DNA from: Conexivisphaerales archaeon
GTDB taxonomy: Archaea > Thermoproteota > Nitrososphaeria > Conexivisphaerales > DTJL01
Direction: 5' to 3'
NCBI GenBank assembly: GCA_049509455.1
Contig: JBEKZX010000005.1
Coordinates: 1 to 62,018, forward strand
DNA length: 62,018 bases
The translations under genes were made by a program, and so were the position numbers. Positions 38,772 to 46,831 of the stretch are shown one piece after another. Every line of letters begins with the position of its first letter. Position 1 is the stretch's first letter. The notes beneath the pieces are model-generated. The model worked only from the letters and a program-made list of their open reading frames with translations, did not search any database and was not told where the DNA came from.

Positions 38772-39206
38772 TTGCGCAGGCGCTACCTGTCCTATGGTGC
38801 CGACTTGGAACTTCTGTTCCGAAAGGTCAGCGCGTTCCTCGTCCTCGGCGGTTTTGAAGTCCATTCCGATCGCGAGCACTTGACGCTAGTAGCCGTCCAG
38901 ATGAAGGCGCTGACCGTCATCAAGGTGACGCTCGCCCTACGCATCGTCGGCGACCCCGACGACTTCAGCTTGGAGGTCGACAGGAATGTGCCTCAGATGG
39001 TCAAGGACACCGCTCCCGCGGGGATGGCGACCTGGGCGCTCGCGCCCTTCACGCTGGGGCTATCTGTGGCCGGGACGGCCGGAGGAGGGGAGGCCTTGTA
39101 CCTGAAGGCGGAGTCGGACATAGCCGCCTTCGTCGCCGGGGAAATGGAGAAGTTGATGACGTCCCGCGGAGGTCCTCGCTCCGTCAAAGGAGGTCGCGAG
39201 GATTGA
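38772..39206 (+). CDS. hypothetical protein
   Basis: A 144-aa ORF with a non-ATG start. No motif. Confidence 0.3.
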   Translation: MRRRYLSYGADLELLFRKVSAFLVLGGFEVHSDREHLTLVAVQMKALTVIKVTLALRIVGDPDDFSLEVDRNVPQMVKDTAPAGMATWALAPFTLGLSVAGTAGGGEALYLKAESDIAAFVAGEMEKLMTSRGGPRSVKGGRED

Positions 39207-39233
39207 GACAAGCCCGAGCGGAGCGCTGAGGCG

Positions 39234-39812
39234 TTGAACGACAACTCTCGTGCAATCCTGGCAGCCATAGGAGCCTCCTTGGTGGTGTTCATAGTCTGTG
39301 CCCTTGGGTATGCCATCATAGTGGTCCCGGGGCTCCCGCAGAACTTCGGGGGGTCCGTCCTATACTGGATGGTGGGGGCCTTCCTGATGGCGTTGGGCCT
39401 TCTATGGGCCTGCTGGGTCTTCGTCTACCGTAGGCCGAAGGAGTTCTTCGTCTCCACGTTCTACACCTTCAAGAAGGCTCTCACACGCACCAAACCATCT
39501 GTTCCGCTGGGACGTTCAGAGCCCTTCATCGTGGACGGGCCATACCTCTACGTCAGGAATCCTACATACTTCGGGGCCTTCGTTGCGCTGGCGGGATTCG
39601 CCTTCCTTCTCGGCCGCACCTTCCTATTGGCCGCCGCCCTCGGGCTTCTCATATGGTTCAATCTCGTCGTCATTCCATACGAAGAGAAAGAGATGAAGGC
39701 GCTGTTCGGCCAGGACTACATAACGTATACCAGGATGGTCCCCGCCTTCATTCCCTCTGCCAAGGTAGCTCGGAAGAATCCCAAGCCTACGAGGAGCGGC
39801 TCGCGCCGATGA
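39234..39812 (+). CDS. isoprenylcysteine carboxyl / phospholipid methyltransferase-family membrane protein
   Basis: GPYLYVRNPTYFGAFVALAGFAFLL and IPYEEKEMKALFGQDYITY are present, with 4-5 TM segments. Confidence 0.8.
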   Translation: MNDNSRAILAAIGASLVVFIVCALGYAIIVVPGLPQNFGGSVLYWMVGAFLMALGLLWACWVFVYRRPKEFFVSTFYTFKKALTRTKPSVPLGRSEPFIVDGPYLYVRNPTYFGAFVALAGFAFLLGRTFLLAAALGLLIWFNLVVIPYEEKEMKALFGQDYITYTRMVPAFIPSAKVARKNPKPTRSGSRR

Positions 39813-39822
39813 GGCTTCTCTT

Positions 39823-40812
39823 TCAACGATGAGCCCGCTTGCGTCGTCTTGGGCCAGATGGATGGCCGGTGAAGCCTGACATCTCCCTGATTATGAGCTC
39901 GGCTGCCGAATCCGGGTCCATTTCCCTCCTAGCCACCTTCTCGAGCAACTCAGTCCAACCTGCCTCGGCGGCGCCCTCCGTGAAGGTCCTGTCGACCATC
40001 GAACCCAGGGCCTCTCTTAGGTCGTCAAGGGCGCCATCGCCAGCCCAAGACTTCTTGGCTGCCCTCGCTCCGGCAGCCAGCTTGTCGATGGCGTCGACCA
40101 GCTCGGGCACGCCGTCACAGGTTCTGGCTGACGTCTTCAAGACGACGGGTTTTGAGCCGTCCTTCGACCTCGCGAACTGGGCTATCTCCAGGGCGGCCCT
40201 ATCTGCCCCTTCAAGGTCAGCCTTGTTCACGACGAAGATGTCGCCAATCTCCATCAGCCCCGCCTTCATTGCCTGCACCGAATCGCCCGTTTCCGGCATG
40301 ACGACGATTAAGGTGACCTGGGCGACCCTAATGATGTCTACCTCGGTCTGGCCTATGCCCACGCTTTCGAGCAGGATTACGTCGAACTTTGCGGCATCGA
40401 GGACATCGATCGCCTTCTTTGTGCCGCGGGAGAGGCCGCCCTTGCTGCCCCTCGTTGCCATGCTCCTGATGTATACTCCTTCGTCCAAGCTATGATCCAC
40501 CATCCTGATTCTGTCTCCTAGCAGCGCTCCGCCCGTGAAGGGGCTGGTGGGGTCGACCGCGACCACGCCCACCTTCCGTCCTCTTGATCTGAACTCTCTG
40601 ATGAGACAGTTAATCAGCGAGCTTTTGCCGGCGCCCGGAGGCCCCGCGACGCCCAAGACGAAGGCGTTCCCTCCCCTCCTGTATATCTCCGCGTAGAACT
40701 GCCGCGAGCCCGGGAGGTCGTCTTCGAGGATGGTAATGGCCCTGGAGATGTCCTTCCTGTTTCCTCTCTGCACTCCGTCGAGCAGCTCGCCTATCTTCAA
40801 CGTTCGCTTCAT
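39823..40812 (-). CDS. meaB: methylmalonyl-CoA mutase-associated G3E GTPase (MeaB/ArgK)
   Basis: The P-loop is GVAGPPGAGKSSLI. ESVGIGQTE and the NKAD box are present. It is divergent from the mutase genes. Confidence 0.9.
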   Translation of the reverse strand: MKRTLKIGELLDGVQRGNRKDISRAITILEDDLPGSRQFYAEIYRRGGNAFVLGVAGPPGAGKSSLINCLIREFRSRGRKVGVVAVDPTSPFTGGALLGDRIRMVDHSLDEGVYIRSMATRGSKGGLSRGTKKAIDVLDAAKFDVILLESVGIGQTEVDIIRVAQVTLIVVMPETGDSVQAMKAGLMEIGDIFVVNKADLEGADRAALEIAQFARSKDGSKPVVLKTSARTCDGVPELVDAIDKLAAGARAAKKSWAGDGALDDLREALGSMVDRTFTEGAAEAGWTELLEKVARREMDPDSAAELIIREMSGFTGHPSGPRRRKRAHR

Positions 40813-40922
40813 TGGCGCCGCGTCCTTATTTCGCTTTTGCCCATTCTTGCCCTGCCCGCCTCAAGCGGCCGTGCATTTGTAACAACCTAGAAATAATCCG
40901 CCATGGTGCTTCACACCTGTCC

Positions 40923-42662
40923 ATGTCGAAATCTAATAGCTCCGGTTACTGGCTCTCGAAGGTCCGGGAGCTGCATTCTTCCTCCCGGCCCAGGGCGCAG
41001 CATAAGTATGCTGAAGCCATGGACGAATGGGAGGCCAAGACCCTCGGGCCGTGGCTAAAGCACTCTACTGAGCGCAGACGGTCGTTCACCACCTCCTCAA
41101 ACTTCAAGTTGAAGGCGCTCTACGGCCCTTCGGATGTCGAAGGGATCGACCCCATCAAAGACATCGGGTTCCCCGGTGCCTATCCATTCACGCGGGGCAT
41201 CTACCCCAGCATGTACCGTGGTCGCCAGTGGACTATGAGGATGTTCTCCGGCTACGGGACCCCCAAGGATACCAACCGCCGCCTGAAGTACCTTCTGTCC
41301 AAGGGCGAGACCGGTCTCAGTATCGCCTTCGACATGCCCACCCTTTACGGTTACGACGCCGATGACGTCAGAGCCTTGGGAGAGGTAGGGAGGTGCGGCG
41401 TCAACGTCAGCTCCTTAGACGACGTGGAGAGGCTCTTCTCGGGGATACCTCTGGGGAGGGTGAGCACCTCCATGACCATCAACGCCCCGGCAGCTGTATT
41501 GATGGCGATGTACCTCGCCACGGCCAAGGAGCAGGAGGTCCCCTTCAAGAGGTTGCGCGGAACGACGCAGACAGACATCCTCAAGGAGTACATCGCGCAG
41601 AAGGAGTGGGCCTTCCCTCCCGAGGCACATATGCGCCTGATTAGGGACATGATGGTCTATTGCACCAAGAACGTCCCCCAGTGGAACTACATCAGCGTGA
41701 GCGGTTATCATATCAGAGAGGCCGGTGCTAGCGCTCTCCAGGAGCTGGCTTTTACCTTGGCCGACGGGTTCTCCTATGTGGACCTCGGCCTCTCGGCAGG
41801 CCTGCCCGTCGACTCGTTCGCCCCAAGGCTCTCCTTCTTCTTCAACTCGACCATGAACTTCTTAGAAGAGGTGGCCAAGTTCAGGGCCGCCCGCCGGATA
41901 TGGGCTACAGTCCTCAAGGAGAAGTACAGGGCCAAGGATCCTAGGTCCCTCCTTCTCCGGTTCCACACTCAGACGTCGGGGGCCTCCCTTACATGGCAGC
42001 AGCCACTGAACAACATAGTTAGAACTGCCATCGAGGCTCTTGCCGCGACCCTCGGAGGGACACAATCTCTTCACACCAACGCCTATGACGAAGCTTGGGC
42101 GCTCCCTACGGAGGGGTCGGCGGAAGTGGCTCTCCGCACGCAGCAGATCCTCGCGGAGGAGACAGGCATCGCTGACGTCGTAGATCCAATGGGAGGCTCG
42201 TACTACCTCGAATGGCTCACCAGGGAGCTGGAGGAAGGTGCGTACATCTACTTCGACAAGATAGATAAGCTGGGAGGCGTGATCGGGGCTATCAAGACGG
42301 GCTATTTGCAAAGGGAGATAGCCGACACGGCTTACGAGACCCAAAAGCGGATAGAGGAGAAGCAGAACGTCATCGTCGGCGTCAATGACTTTAAAGTCGA
42401 AGAGACGCAGCCCATCAGTACTCTTAAGATCGACGAGAGGGCGCAGAAGGCCCAGAGGGAAGCGCTGGCCGACCTCCGCAAAACGAGGGATGCCGCCTCC
42501 GTCCGGTTCAGCCTGGCGCGGTTCCGCCACTCGCTGCAAGACGAGAAGGATAACTGCATGCCTTCTTTGATACGGGCCGTGATAGCCCGGTCGACCCTCG
42601 GGGAGATAATGCAGGTGGGTAGAGAGGTGTATGGGTCGTGGAAGGAGCCTATGGTGATTTGA
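40923..42662 (+). CDS. methylmalonyl-CoA mutase, catalytic (large) subunit
   Basis: FPGAYPFTRGIYPSMYRGRQWTMRMFSGYG, GETGLSIAFDMPTLYGYD, TMTINAPA and FHTQTSG are present. Start taken at ATG 40923, because the ORF-track start at 40812 overlaps meaB. Confidence 0.9.
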   Translation: MSKSNSSGYWLSKVRELHSSSRPRAQHKYAEAMDEWEAKTLGPWLKHSTERRRSFTTSSNFKLKALYGPSDVEGIDPIKDIGFPGAYPFTRGIYPSMYRGRQWTMRMFSGYGTPKDTNRRLKYLLSKGETGLSIAFDMPTLYGYDADDVRALGEVGRCGVNVSSLDDVERLFSGIPLGRVSTSMTINAPAAVLMAMYLATAKEQEVPFKRLRGTTQTDILKEYIAQKEWAFPPEAHMRLIRDMMVYCTKNVPQWNYISVSGYHIREAGASALQELAFTLADGFSYVDLGLSAGLPVDSFAPRLSFFFNSTMNFLEEVAKFRAARRIWATVLKEKYRAKDPRSLLLRFHTQTSGASLTWQQPLNNIVRTAIEALAATLGGTQSLHTNAYDEAWALPTEGSAEVALRTQQILAEETGIADVVDPMGGSYYLEWLTRELEEGAYIYFDKIDKLGGVIGAIKTGYLQREIADTAYETQKRIEEKQNVIVGVNDFKVEETQPISTLKIDERAQKAQREALADLRKTRDAASVRFSLARFRHSLQDEKDNCMPSLIRAVIARSTLGEIMQVGREVYGSWKEPMVI

Positions 42663-43153
42663 GGGAGACTCCATCGACTTCGAAACGCAGGATAAAGATA
42701 ATCGTCGCCAAGCCCGCCCTGGACGGACATGACAGGGGCGCGCTGGTGCTCTGCAGGGCCTTCAGGGACGCGGGCATGGAGGTCATCTACGCGGGGCTCC
42801 TTACCACTCCCGAACAGGTAGCCCAGATGGCCATCGACGAAGGCGTCGACGTAGTGGCCCTGAGCCTCCTGAACGGTGCTCACATGACCGTCTTCCCCAA
42901 GGTCTTGCGTTTGCTGAAGGAGAAGGGAGGAGAGGACATACTCGTCGTGGGCGGCGGCATCATCCCAGAAGGTGACAAGGCCAAACTGGAGAGGATGGGG
43001 ATTACGGGAAACTTCGGGCCCGGAACCCCACTGAAGGAAGCGGTGGAACACATCATCAGCCGCGTCAGGAAGGAGAGGTGGGCGACTAGGGAGGCGGCAC
43101 GAGGTGGACGACCACTATCTTCGACGAAGCCACGCCAGTCTCCCGGACCGTAA
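42638..43153 (+). CDS. methylmalonyl-CoA mutase, cobalamin-binding (small) subunit
   Basis: The B12-binding signature is KPALDGHDRGALVLCRAF (DxHxxG), followed by SLLNGAH and VVGGGIIP. The likely TTG start at 42659 overlaps the large-subunit stop. Confidence 0.9.
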   Translation: MEGAYGDLRETPSTSKRRIKIIVAKPALDGHDRGALVLCRAFRDAGMEVIYAGLLTTPEQVAQMAIDEGVDVVALSLLNGAHMTVFPKVLRLLKEKGGEDILVVGGGIIPEGDKAKLERMGITGNFGPGTPLKEAVEHIISRVRKERWATREAARGGRPLSSTKPRQSPGP

Positions 43154-44516
43154 ATGTAACATAGTAGTCTCCTAGCAGCGGGCTCCCGACGATCGTCACA
43201 GTGGCGTTGAAGCTAAAGGCCGACGCATTGGCGTTCAACAGGTAGGTCGGCGAGCTGAAGCTCACCGTGAAGCTCTGGAGAAGGCCGCTGGGCAGCTCCG
43301 AATCGGTGGCCTCGAAGCTCAAGCCTCCCGAATACTTGCCGGCCGAGGTAAGGTTGAACATCAGGGCGGAGCTGAAAGAGACGTTCCAGGAGGCGGGGCC
43401 AGAGACGGACAGGTCCGGCGTCATGGAGGCGTTGACCACGCCAATCTTGGAGGTCGAAAGCTCGGTGAACCAGAGGTTGCCTCCGGTCCCGAGGGCTATC
43501 GTCAACGCGTTGGAGATGTTCCCGTAGGAAGGCACCCTGGATGGGATGTCATACTCGGTGAGCGTCAGCGTGATGGGGTCGAGGTGTGCGATCCTGTTCG
43601 CCTCGTGCTCGTTGAACCAGATGTCTCCAGAAGAGTCCTCCACCAGCCAGTAGGGGAGGCTAGTGGAGGCTCCAGCCCTTCTGGAAGTGGCTACTTCGAT
43701 GAGCTGTCCTGTGGTCGGGTCGTATCTGCCAAGGAGGCTGGGTCCGTGCTCGGCGAACCACACATTCCCCGATCTGTCCACGACGATACCAGTGGGCTGG
43801 GCTATCGCGGTGGGCACTTCATAATACCGGAACACGCCGTTGGACGGGTCCAAGGTAGCTAGAGAGTTGGGGACGGACTGGTTGAAGCTGACTAAGGAGA
43901 TCCACAGCGTGTCGTTGAGACCGAAAGTGATGCCCGACGGCCCGGTGCCATTGCTGGACAAGGGGTATTGTGTGAGAAGACCGTTGTCCGGCTGGATCCT
44001 GCCGATCGCATGACCATAGAGCTCAGAGAACCATAAGGCCCCGTCGGGCCCCGTGATAATCTCCAAGGGGAATGAGCCCGAGTTGACGGCGTACTGCGTG
44101 AACTTGGACGTTACCGCGTCGAAGCGGATTATCGAGCTGGAGTTGGCGTCGGTCATCCAGATGTCACCGTCCACCGTAGTGGTCATTCCCCATGTAATCG
44201 GCTGGGTAACCGGAAGCTGGTACTCAGTGAAGTTCTGAGTGCTCGGGTCAAACATGGCTAGCTTACTGATGTTCTGTTCGACAAACCAGACCCTGCCCTG
44301 GGCGTCCACGGTGATTCCATTGGGGGAAGCGCATTTTTCGGGAGTCCGGTACTCGGTGATATAGCCGGCGTAGGTGTCGGTGACTTCCGACGGTCCGCAC
44401 GAGCTCTGAGCCGGAACCTGCGGCTTGCCGCTGGCCACGCTTAGTATGCCCCACGCGAAGCCGCCGCCGATGAGAACGATGCCCAGAATGGCGAGAAGCA
44501 GTTTTGATCTCTTCAT
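43086..44516 (-). CDS. secreted beta-propeller protein of the Vgb/streptogramin-lyase-like repeat family (COG4257-like) with C-terminal beta-rich domain
   Basis: Signal/TM MKRSKLLLAILGIVLIGGGFAWG. The repeated unit is P.GI..D..G..WF.E......I.r.DP.tg..TEY..P. The C-terminal region of about 130 aa is non-repeat. Confidence 0.65.
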   Translation of the reverse strand: MKRSKLLLAILGIVLIGGGFAWGILSVASGKPQVPAQSSCGPSEVTDTYAGYITEYRTPEKCASPNGITVDAQGRVWFVEQNISKLAMFDPSTQNFTEYQLPVTQPITWGMTTTVDGDIWMTDANSSSIIRFDAVTSKFTQYAVNSGSFPLEIITGPDGALWFSELYGHAIGRIQPDNGLLTQYPLSSNGTGPSGITFGLNDTLWISLVSFNQSVPNSLATLDPSNGVFRYYEVPTAIAQPTGIVVDRSGNVWFAEHGPSLLGRYDPTTGQLIEVATSRRAGASTSLPYWLVEDSSGDIWFNEHEANRIAHLDPITLTLTEYDIPSRVPSYGNISNALTIALGTGGNLWFTELSTSKIGVVNASMTPDLSVSGPASWNVSFSSALMFNLTSAGKYSGGLSFEATDSELPSGLLQSFTVSFSSPTYLLNANASAFSFNATVTIVGSPLLGDYYVTFTVRETGVASSKIVVVHLVPPP

Positions 44517-44805
44517 GGTCTAAGCCTACGCCTCCAATGCACGAAAGTGCTCTCCGAGAACCCCGCACGGAGGGCTTGGATGAACCTGTCGTCCAGGCCG
44601 TCGGAATCCGGCACGAAGGTTAGAGGCGGCAGAGGTGTCAAGACACCAGACGCAGCTGGATTGTAGGTTCTCCGCAAAGCCGCCGCTCCTATCAGTCTCG
44701 ACCCCAAGCTGGATGGAGGGGGCTCCTTCATTCCTATATGCCTCCGGAGTTGGGGCCATATAAGGACAAGGTGAACCTACCTCTGCCGTCCTCCGGCAAG
44801 GTGCG

Positions 44806-45516
44806 TTACTCCTTCAAGTACATCTTCGAAAGCCTCCTCACTCGACGGCCGAAGTCCTCCCTCGTCTGGGGGCTTTCGGCCCCGATCAAGGCGAACCTCT
44901 CCAGGACTTCCTTCTGCTGACTGGCTGAAAGCAGCTTACCATCGACGAGATTGAACCATTCGTCCTCCTTTGCTGTGTGGACCTTCAGGGAATCGGCGTA
45001 GGTCAAGATGAAGCGTGCAAGCGGTTCCACGGCAGCCTCCTCTCCCTTCACCCAGAGCGCGTACTCCTGCTCGATCCTATGAGCGGCCCTCCTGCCGAAC
45101 TCGTGTTCCACCAGGAATCCGTAGATTACCTTCTGTTGCTCCTTGCCCACCCCTTGGACCTTGGGGAAGAGGCTTCTCTCCTCCTTGGCGTGATGATACG
45201 AATCGACGAATTCGACCATGAGAGAGATGGCCTCGCCCAGATCCTCGCCGGAAGGCCTCTCTTTCATCATGATCTTGGCCGCCATCACCCTGAGCACAGA
45301 CTCGAGTTTCCTTGCCACGCGGTGGTCGATTTTGAGATCAGAGCCTGCCTTCACGGGATACCTGTAGGAGGACTCCTCGATTAATGCGTTCCCCCTACTC
45401 AGCCGGCTCGCTAAAAAAAGAAACGTTCTATGACAGTCTCGGTCAGCAATATCATGACTCATTTGAAAAGGAGGTTCCAATGACGAACGAGCTTCCCAGG
45501 AGCCGAGAGCCCTCAA
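44806..45516 (-). CDS. hemerythrin-like metal-binding domain protein
   Basis: His/Glu ligand blocks are YHHAKEERSLFP, LVEHEFGRRAA and VHTAKEDEWF. The true start is probably internal (MSHDIA at 45462 or later). Confidence 0.65.
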   Translation of the reverse strand: MRALGSWEARSSLEPPFQMSHDIADRDCHRTFLFLASRLSRGNALIEESSYRYPVKAGSDLKIDHRVARKLESVLRVMAAKIMMKERPSGEDLGEAISLMVEFVDSYHHAKEERSLFPKVQGVGKEQQKVIYGFLVEHEFGRRAAHRIEQEYALWVKGEEAAVEPLARFILTYADSLKVHTAKEDEWFNLVDGKLLSASQQKEVLERFALIGAESPQTREDFGRRVRRLSKMYLKE

Positions 45517-45994
45517 TCGTGTCCTACTGCCATATGAGTGCTTGGAAACCCCAGCGCCGGCTCGGGCGCTTTACACGAGCGAGCTCCCGCGCTTCATTCG
45601 TTATCCCTTCGGCCCTGCTTGTGCCATCAACGTTCTACGACATTGCAACTATCTCACCGATGACTTATCCGGCTTCTCGTGACCGAATGAAAAGACCTTC
45701 TTCAGCTCCGTCCAGAACGAGGCTCTTATGAGGCTCATCTCGAGCCTAAGGGACCTGATAGGACAGCACCCGATGCGCCGTTAGTTCCTTTCTACGATGA
45801 CGCTGCCTTGAAGTCATCGTTGGACCGGATACTGGGGGGAACAGACGACGTTCTCCGACGTCAAATCAACCAAGCAGATGTCGGCGGAGCCCGCGCCCCT
45901 GCAGTCCATCTTTCCTGTCCGTCATCAGCCTGTTTTGAGCCTCTAACGGGCTCGCCGCAAGCAGATGGCTGGGAAGATCGCTACTATGCCAAAA

Positions 45995-46134
45995 GAACGT
46001 GGAAAACGTTGCAGTACGCTGGAGAACGAGTGGAACTGGGTATGGAACGCCCCCAGAACGTGGACAGAACGTGGGTAGAACACGATGGGAACGTGGAAGA
46101 ACGCTTGCAGATTCCGGGGTCACCGTGCGAACGC
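45995..46134. repeat. array of short GAACGTGG-type direct repeats with 11-bp phasing
   Basis: Exact GAACGTGG occurs at 45995, 46056, 46067 and 46089. Variants are GAACGAGTGG at 46024, GAACGC at 46045, 46099 and 46129, and GAACACGATGG at 46078. Starts from 46045 to 46099 are spaced 11, 11, 11, 11 and 10 bp. Confidence 0.8.
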
Positions 46135-46158
46135 ATGCACGGCTATTCGGTCGAGCTA

Positions 46159-46600
46159 TGAATGTGGACGTGAGGCTCTCCATAGAAGTGGGCGATCATT
46201 ACAGGAGCGCGTCACAGAAGGCCAGGGTCACCACAGAGGCCTGGGTCAAGGACAACTTGTACTCCCTGGGCCGGCGTGGCGAGCTCCCCCTTATGGCTAA
46301 CACGAAGGTCTATGACTTCCATAGCGGGAAGTGCAGGAGCGAAGTTCCAGTCGAAGGGGTAGAGTGGCAAGTTCGAGCGAAGGCTCGGAAGGGGAGTACA
46401 AAGCATACGTGAGGAGGCTTCTGGAGGGGAAGCAGCTCTCCTTCATCCAAGTCAGCTGCAACGAAGGGACGGCAGTGGTCAGGAAGGTGTTCCTAGTCCA
46501 CAGGTACGCCACCACCCCCGAATGCTCTTTGCCAGGGCATGGGTTGAAAGGGAGGGGGGATCGTACGTATCCATGCCATAAGAGAAAAGGAGATATATTG
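46159..46600 (+). pseudogene. decayed DpnI / Dam-replacing-family (PD-(D/E)XK) restriction endonuclease relic
   Basis: HYRSASQKARVTTEAWVKDNLY resembles the DpnI N-terminus (..SNSQKARILTEDWV....YCPNCG). Three of the four expected Cys codons read S, R and S. The rest of the similarity (GEYKAYVRRLLEGKQLSFIQVS, RKVFLV) continues in a second frame, with further shifts and a stop. No C-terminal winged-helix domain is present. Confidence 0.5.
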
Positions 46601-46624
46601 GCCGAAAACGCTCTTCAAATCTGC

Positions 46625-46714
46625 GCCGCGGTAGCTCAGCCTGGGAGAGCAATCGGCTGAAGTCCACCGGCATCAGTCACCGATGTGTCGCAGGTTCAAA
46701 TCCTGCCCGCGGCA
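46625..46714 (+). tRNA. tRNA-Phe (GAA) with 16-nt intron at the canonical 37/38 position
   Basis: The acceptor stem is GCCGCGG/CCGCGGC and the D arm is GCTC-AGCCTGGGA-GAGC. The anticodon stem is ATCGG/CCGAT with loop C-T-GAA-G-[intron 46663-46678 TCCACCGGCATCAGTC]-A. The variable loop is GTGTC, the T arm is GCAGG-TTCAAAT-CCTGC and the discriminator is A. CCA is not encoded. Confidence 0.9.
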
Positions 46715-46831
46715 TCCAGTGTTTAGCCAAGCGAATCGCCTGGCCCGCTCAAAGCCGGAAACGCCCCAGGTGTGTCGCAAAGGGTTATTAGAACGGTCTA
46801 ATGGCGCCTCACTAAAAAGTGAAGCAGGGAC

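Noticed and set aside
40812-40922. The upstream TTG start (40812) for the methylmalonyl-CoA mutase large subunit.
   Set aside because: It would abut or overlap the divergent meaB start codon and adds a non-conserved Cys/Pro/Arg-rich leader. ATG 40923 (or 41008) fits better.
45808-46161. ORFs of 117 and 137 aa called across the GAACGTGG array.
   Set aside because: Their sequences (..RTWKTLQYAGERVELGMERPQNVDRTWVEHDGNVEE..) simply echo the DNA repeat. All three frames are open, and none has a protein-like pattern.
46331-46660. A 109-aa ORF overlapping tRNA-Phe.
   Set aside because: Its 5' part is one frame of the decayed DpnI-like relic, and its 3' part runs through the tRNA gene. It is not an intact gene.
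44806-46831. An integrated plasmid or provirus at tRNA-Phe.
   Set aside because: I found no integrase or split-integrase fragment, and no duplicated tRNA 3' segment (att) by eye. Base composition does not visibly differ from the surroundings. Only relic features are present, and those are reported separately.
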